A stretch of DNA of 64,000 nucleotides from contig JAYUCP010000171.1 of assembly GCA_043740245.1 (NCBI GenBank), positions 5,835 through 69,834 of the forward strand, read 5' to 3'. This DNA comes from Acidobacteriota bacterium (GTDB taxonomy: Bacteria; Acidobacteriota; Blastocatellia; RBC074). The stretch's first letter is position 1, and each line of letters opens with the position of its first letter. Of the stretch, positions 59,994 through 64,000 are shown piece after piece. The notes below the pieces were generated by a model. That model saw only the letters and a list, made by a program, of their open reading frames with translations. It did no database searches and was not told where the DNA came from. The position numbers and the translations under genes are program-made.

Positions 59994-61016
59994 ATGAGTG
60001 ATCTTGAGGATGACAAAACACGACGTCAGCGTTTGGCCTTGTTGCGTTGTCCGAAATGTCAAAGCGAGTTGTCGGTGCAAGGAAGTGATGCCTTGCAATG
60101 TTCGCAGTGTGCCATGCGCTATCCCATCGTGAATGGCATCCCGCGCATGTTGACCCAAGAAATGCGCCAAGCGTTGACCGGGTCAGTGAATGAGTTAGAG
60201 GTTGATCCGCGCAGCGTGGCTACCGCTCAAAGTTTTGGCTATGAATGGACGCACTTCCCGCAAATGCGGGCCGAATGGGAGCAGAATTTCTGGGGCTATT
60301 TTGCGCCGCACACGGCTGCGACCTTCAACAGCAAGCGCGTGCTTGACGCCGGTTGCGGCACGGGCCGTCATACGTTTTATGCCGCGCAGTTTGCCCAAGA
60401 AGTCTGGTCGGTGGACTTGGGCGACGCGGTGGAAGTCGCGCGGCGCAACAACGCCGCTCACCCGAACGTGCAAGTCGTGCAGGCCGATTTGTACCAATTG
60501 CCCTTTCCGGCTGAGAGCTTCGATTTTGTTTACTCGATTGGCGTGCTGCATCACCTGCCCGATCCCGAGGGCGCCTTCCGCAATCTGCTGCGGTATTTGA
60601 AAAAGGGCGGGCAGGCGCATATCTATTTGTATTGGAAGCCGGAACGTCAGCCGATCAAACGCGCGTTACTGGAATTCGTAACCGCGTTGCGGCAAGTGAC
60701 GACGCGGCTGCCGCACCGGTTGATACACGGCCTGGCTTATCCGGCGGCGGCGGCGGCCTTTGTCGGATTTGTCTGGCCTTATCAGCTTTTGCGCGCGGCT
60801 GGGCTGAACCAAATTGCCGAGCGCTTGCCGCTGAAACAGTATGCGCAATACCCGTTCAGCGTTTGCATCAACGATCAATTCGACCGCTTCTCCGCGCCTA
60901 TTGAAAACCGCTACACGCGCGCCGAGGTGCAGGGCTGGCTGGAACGCGCGGGCTTGGCAGAGATCGTTGTACGTCCGAATTTCGGCTGGTGCGCGAGCGG
61001 GCGCAAGCCGCTGTAG
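59994..61016 (+). CDS. SAM-dependent methyltransferase with N-terminal Trm112-like zinc ribbon
   Basis: GAGGAG RBS plus ATG at 59994. LLRCPKCQSELS...LQCSQCAMRYPIVNGIP followed by VLDAGCGTGRH and FDFVYSIGVLHHL. Confidence 0.7.
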   Translation: MSDLEDDKTRRQRLALLRCPKCQSELSVQGSDALQCSQCAMRYPIVNGIPRMLTQEMRQALTGSVNELEVDPRSVATAQSFGYEWTHFPQMRAEWEQNFWGYFAPHTAATFNSKRVLDAGCGTGRHTFYAAQFAQEVWSVDLGDAVEVARRNNAAHPNVQVVQADLYQLPFPAESFDFVYSIGVLHHLPDPEGAFRNLLRYLKKGGQAHIYLYWKPERQPIKRALLEFVTALRQVTTRLPHRLIHGLAYPAAAAAFVGFVWPYQLLRAAGLNQIAERLPLKQYAQYPFSVCINDQFDRFSAPIENRYTRAEVQGWLERAGLAEIVVRPNFGWCASGRKPL

Positions 61017-61032
61017 ATTTGGAGAAGAAGCG

Positions 61033-62043
61033 ATGTCAGAAATCAGCAGTCCACACGACAAATTTTTCAAAAAGAGCTTTGAGCGGCGCGACATCGCCTC
61101 GGATTTTCTTATCCATTACTTGCCGTCCGACGTTGCGGCCGAGTTGGATTTGCGCGCGCCGCAGTTGCAGAAAGACAGCTTCGTCGATCCGGTGTTGCGC
61201 GAACATTTCTCCGACCTCCTCTATCGCGTGCGGTTCAAGCGTGGCGGCGCGGCCTTTGTGTACTTGCTGTTTGAACACAAGAGCACGCCGGAAGAGTTGG
61301 TCGCGTATCAGGTGTTGCGTTACGAGGTGCTGGCGTGGGAGCCGTTGGCGCGCGCGGCAATGAGGAAGCCTGGCAAGAAAAAGCTGCCGCCAATCATGCC
61401 GATCGTGATTTATCACGGGCCGCGACCCTGGCAGGTGCCGCGCAATTTCAGCGGCGTGATCGAATGGCATGGCTCGGAGTCGTTCCGGCGGTTCATGCCG
61501 GAGTTCATGTATTTTCTGCTCGATCTGTCGGTGTTCAGCGAAGCGCAGATCGTAGGCGCGGCGCTGCTGCGGGTGTGCTTGCTGGTGTTGAAGCACGCTT
61601 ACGAAGGCGATTTGATCGAACGGTTGCCGGCCTTGCTGGGGTTGTTGCCAGCGCGCGAACAGGGTGCGTTAGAATACCTGGCAACGGTGCTAAAGTATGT
61701 GTCAGAAGTGGCGCGCCCATTGACGCGCAATGAATTCGAAGCAGTGAAGGAACAGCTTCCAACAGAAACAGGAGAAATTATGGAAACTTGGGCGTCGTCT
61801 ATGTTGAAGGAAGGCAAACAGATAGGCCGGCAGGAAGGTCGGCAAGAAGCAGGCGCGGAACTGACGCTATATCAACTGCAGGAGCAGCTTGGCGCGCTGG
61901 ACGAGCGGACGCGCGCGCGCGTGCGCAAGCTCGCCTACGAGCAGTTGCTGGAATTGAGTGGGGCCTTGCTCAAATTCAAATCACCGAAAGACCTGATGGA
62001 CTGGTTGCGGACGCACGCGCGCGGGCGTTCGTTGGCGAGTTGA
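61033..62043 (+). CDS. Rpn/YhgA-like recombination-promoting nuclease / putative transposase (PDDEXK, C-terminal DUF4351-like)
   Basis: GGAGAAG RBS plus ATG at 61033. The N-terminal PHDKFFKKSFERRDIASDFLIHYLP...DLLYRV......FVYLLFEHKS pattern is typical of this family. Confidence 0.65.
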   Translation: MSEISSPHDKFFKKSFERRDIASDFLIHYLPSDVAAELDLRAPQLQKDSFVDPVLREHFSDLLYRVRFKRGGAAFVYLLFEHKSTPEELVAYQVLRYEVLAWEPLARAAMRKPGKKKLPPIMPIVIYHGPRPWQVPRNFSGVIEWHGSESFRRFMPEFMYFLLDLSVFSEAQIVGAALLRVCLLVLKHAYEGDLIERLPALLGLLPAREQGALEYLATVLKYVSEVARPLTRNEFEAVKEQLPTETGEIMETWASSMLKEGKQIGRQEGRQEAGAELTLYQLQEQLGALDERTRARVRKLAYEQLLELSGALLKFKSPKDLMDWLRTHARGRSLAS

Positions 62044-62044
62044 G

Positions 62045-62647
62045 GTGAATGCCTTGAGACTGCGTGGCTGGTTCTTGGCACTTGGTTTGTTGGCGGCGTT
62101 CTATTTCTGTTTGCCCTCCGTACTCAACGCCGCCGCGCGCCAGCTCATACGCGCGGACAGCTTGATTGCGGCTGATGCCATCATCGCGCTGGGCGGCGAT
62201 CCGCTTTGCCTGCGCGAACGCCAGGCGGCGGAACTCTATCATCGCGGCTTGGGCCGCAAGATCGTGATCGCGGGCTTGCCCTTCGCCTGGGGCGGCAATA
62301 CAGGCGATGCCAAACGGCGTTATTTGATCTGCCGTGGCGTGCCGTCTGCTGACATCGTAGTGTTGCCCGAGGCCACCAACACGCGGCAAGAGGCGAGCAC
62401 TTTGCAGACGGTCATGCGGCAAAATCAGTGGCATTCGATGATCGTCGTGACCGCCCCCTTTCACTCGCGGCGCGCGCTGTTCACGATGGAGCGGCACGCC
62501 GGGGAATTGAAATTCTATTCCTCACCGGTGCCTGCCGAGCCGCCCGAATGGCGGCCCGCAATGTGGTGGACGCGCCGGCGCGATGTCTTCATCACCGTGC
62601 GGGAGTTTATCTCGTGGGGGAATACCCTGGCGGGTGGCTGGCAGTGA
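62045..62647 (+). CDS. DUF218 (YdcF/ElyC-like) domain protein
   Basis: GTG at 62045 overlapping the upstream stop. The signal/TM plus ADAIIALGG ... VVTAPFHSRRA pattern is typical of DUF218. Confidence 0.55.
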   Translation: MNALRLRGWFLALGLLAAFYFCLPSVLNAAARQLIRADSLIAADAIIALGGDPLCLRERQAAELYHRGLGRKIVIAGLPFAWGGNTGDAKRRYLICRGVPSADIVVLPEATNTRQEASTLQTVMRQNQWHSMIVVTAPFHSRRALFTMERHAGELKFYSSPVPAEPPEWRPAMWWTRRRDVFITVREFISWGNTLAGGWQ

Positions 62648-63264
62648 AGGCCAATTTGAAGAAGTGGGGTGGGCGCGCGCTGCTGGCAATGCTGGTGGGC
62701 GGCGCGCTCTGTTTGCTGGGTTTCTTTTCTTTGCCCTGGCTGGCGATTGGGCCGTCTGACACGCCGAGAAAGGCGGATGTCATTCTGCATTTTGCCGTGG
62801 ATGAACGGTTGAATGGAGATCAGTTCGTGGCCGAGCTTTTCCGGCAAGGTCTGGCTGAACACATCCTCTGCCTCAGTACGCAAGCTGCCTGGGAAGTCTA
62901 TCCCGCCGAGTATTCACGCGCGCACTTGCTCGAATTGGGCGTGCCCGCAGCGCAGGTTTCGACCTTGCATCTGCCCACGGCGCTCGATTGCCGGGCGCAG
63001 GTGATGCCGATTGTCGTGAGTTATCTGCAACAACAAGGCTGGCGCAGCGCCTTGATGGTCGTGGAACCGCCCGGGAGCCGGGCGAATCGCCGTGTCGCCG
63101 CGCCGGTTTTTGCGCGGGCCGGAATTGATCTGGCGCTGAGCTATTCGCCACGCGACTATCAGGCCGTGACGACGAATTGGTGGCGCGAACACTGGAAGAC
63201 CCAGAGCATGTTTAGCGAAGTGCTGAACGCCGGCTTCGATTTTTTTTACTCCGAGTGCTGGTAG
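62644..63264 (+). CDS. Second DUF218-like protein, translationally coupled (GTGA overlap)
   Basis: TM helix ALLAMLVGGALCLLGFF. Weaker similarity to the upstream paralog. Confidence 0.5.
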   Translation: MKANLKKWGGRALLAMLVGGALCLLGFFSLPWLAIGPSDTPRKADVILHFAVDERLNGDQFVAELFRQGLAEHILCLSTQAAWEVYPAEYSRAHLLELGVPAAQVSTLHLPTALDCRAQVMPIVVSYLQQQGWRSALMVVEPPGSRANRRVAAPVFARAGIDLALSYSPRDYQAVTTNWWREHWKTQSMFSEVLNAGFDFFYSECW

Positions 63265-63327
63265 CTGTGCGCAAAGAACGCGCATCAACAGGTTGGCCAC
63301 TATGGAATGGCTTGAAATCAACTTTAC

Positions 63328-63415
63328 CAAACCACGGGGAACACGGGGCACACAGGGAAAATCAAGCAGCCTGTGTTGGTTTTCCCCGTGACCCCCGTGC
63401 TCCCCGTGGTTGATT
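63328..63415. repeat. GC-rich palindromic element, family B copy 4
   Basis: caaaccacggggaacacggggcacacagggaaaa pairs with ttttccccgtgacccccgtgctccccgtggttgatttg. Confidence 0.6.
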
Positions 63416-63486
63416 TGGCAGAGTTATTTCCCCATTCATCCCTAAGCATGTAATGGCGCAAGCCCGCGAAAGACTAAACAGAAACC

Positions 63487-64000
63487 ATGTGTGGAATTGC
63501 GGGGATCGTTAGCAAAACAGGCGGCCTGAGCGGGTGGCAAGTACAGCCCATGATTGACGCGCAACAGCATCGCGGGCCTGACGCGGCGGGCGTCTGGGCC
63601 GATGAGCATTGCGCCTTGGGCCACCGGCGGCTGTCCATCATTGATCTGTCAGAGGCCGGGCGCCAGCCCATGGCCAATGACGATGGCAGCGTTCAAATCA
63701 CCTACAACGGCGAAATCTACAACTTCCAAGCGTTGCGCGCGGAACTGGAAGCGCTCGGCCACAGCTTTCGCACGCGCACCGACACCGAAGTGATCCTGCG
63801 CGCCTATGAACAGTGGGGCGTTGAATGTTTGAAGAAGCTGCGCGGGATGTTCGCCTTTGCGATTTGGGATCGGCGGCAGCGGCGGCTGTTTGTCGCGCGC
63901 GACCGGGTGGGCAAAAAGCCTTTGTTCTATACGCAGGCCGGCCCGCGTTTCTTTTTCGCATCGGAGTTGCAGGGCTTGCTGGCGAATACCGAAGTCCCGC
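63487..64000 (+). CDS. asnB: Asparagine synthetase (glutamine-hydrolysing), N-terminal part; continues beyond the window
   Basis: Starts MCGIAGIV (N-terminal nucleophile Cys2). RRLSIIDLSEAGRQPM and NGEIYNF are class-II amidotransferase motifs. No stop before the window end. Confidence 0.8.
   Translation, partial: MCGIAGIVSKTGGLSGWQVQPMIDAQQHRGPDAAGVWADEHCALGHRRLSIIDLSEAGRQPMANDDGSVQITYNGEIYNFQALRAELEALGHSFRTRTDTEVILRAYEQWGVECLKKLRGMFAFAIWDRRQRRLFVARDRVGKKPLFYTQAGPRFFFASELQGLLANTEVP

Overview
The window is 64 kb of high-GC (~65%) bacterial chromosome with an accessory-region character. The giant Ig/FG-GAP protein, TIGR02999-type ECF sigma factor and TPR proteins suggest Acidobacteria (inference). 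Everything below rests on manual motif reading only; no database searches or computations were run.

Layout:
- 133-18062, mostly minus strand: a cell-envelope block. Two paralogous secreted TPR proteins flank it. It holds four paralogous secreted tandem-domain proteins (NIPSNAP-like by inference, one apparently frameshifted) with homologous leader peptides and a shared 5'-UTR motif.
- The same block contains a 2556-aa surface protein with a Kelch-like propeller, 14 near-identical 252-bp Ig-like repeats, a PKD-like domain and an FG-GAP propeller.
- It also carries an M15 peptidase plus a peptidoglycan-binding GH19 muramidase pair, and a translationally coupled DUF5678 plus retropepsin-like pair.
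- 18-29 kb: a winged-helix (OmpR-type) AAA-like ATPase next to a paralogous AAA-like, transmembrane, WD40 protein, separated by a MITE-like element. Then a dienelactone hydrolase, an ECF sigma factor and a HAD-like/fatty acyl-CoA reductase fusion.
- 29-37.5 kb: the most unusual locus. It has a [NiFe]-hydrogenase-like small and large subunit pair. The large subunit has lost its Ni-ligand cysteine motifs and stops exactly where the DPCxxCxxH motif should start. This pair sits directly upstream of a 1742-aa multi-PAS/GAF hybrid histidine kinase, an arrangement like a regulatory hydrogenase (HupUV/HoxBC-HoxJ) with a dead active site.
- 38.8-64 kb: an exopolysaccharide locus. It includes Wza, two Wzc paralogs, a Wzy/O-antigen-ligase-like protein, a Wzx flippase, five GT4, one GT2, two methyltransferases, an Rpn/YhgA-like nuclease, two DUF218 proteins and a partial asnB.

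Three families of palindromic or MITE-like intergenic repeats are scattered through the window. One copy has 21-bp perfect terminal inverted repeats and a 9-bp target-site duplication. No rRNA, tRNA or CRISPR was recognised.
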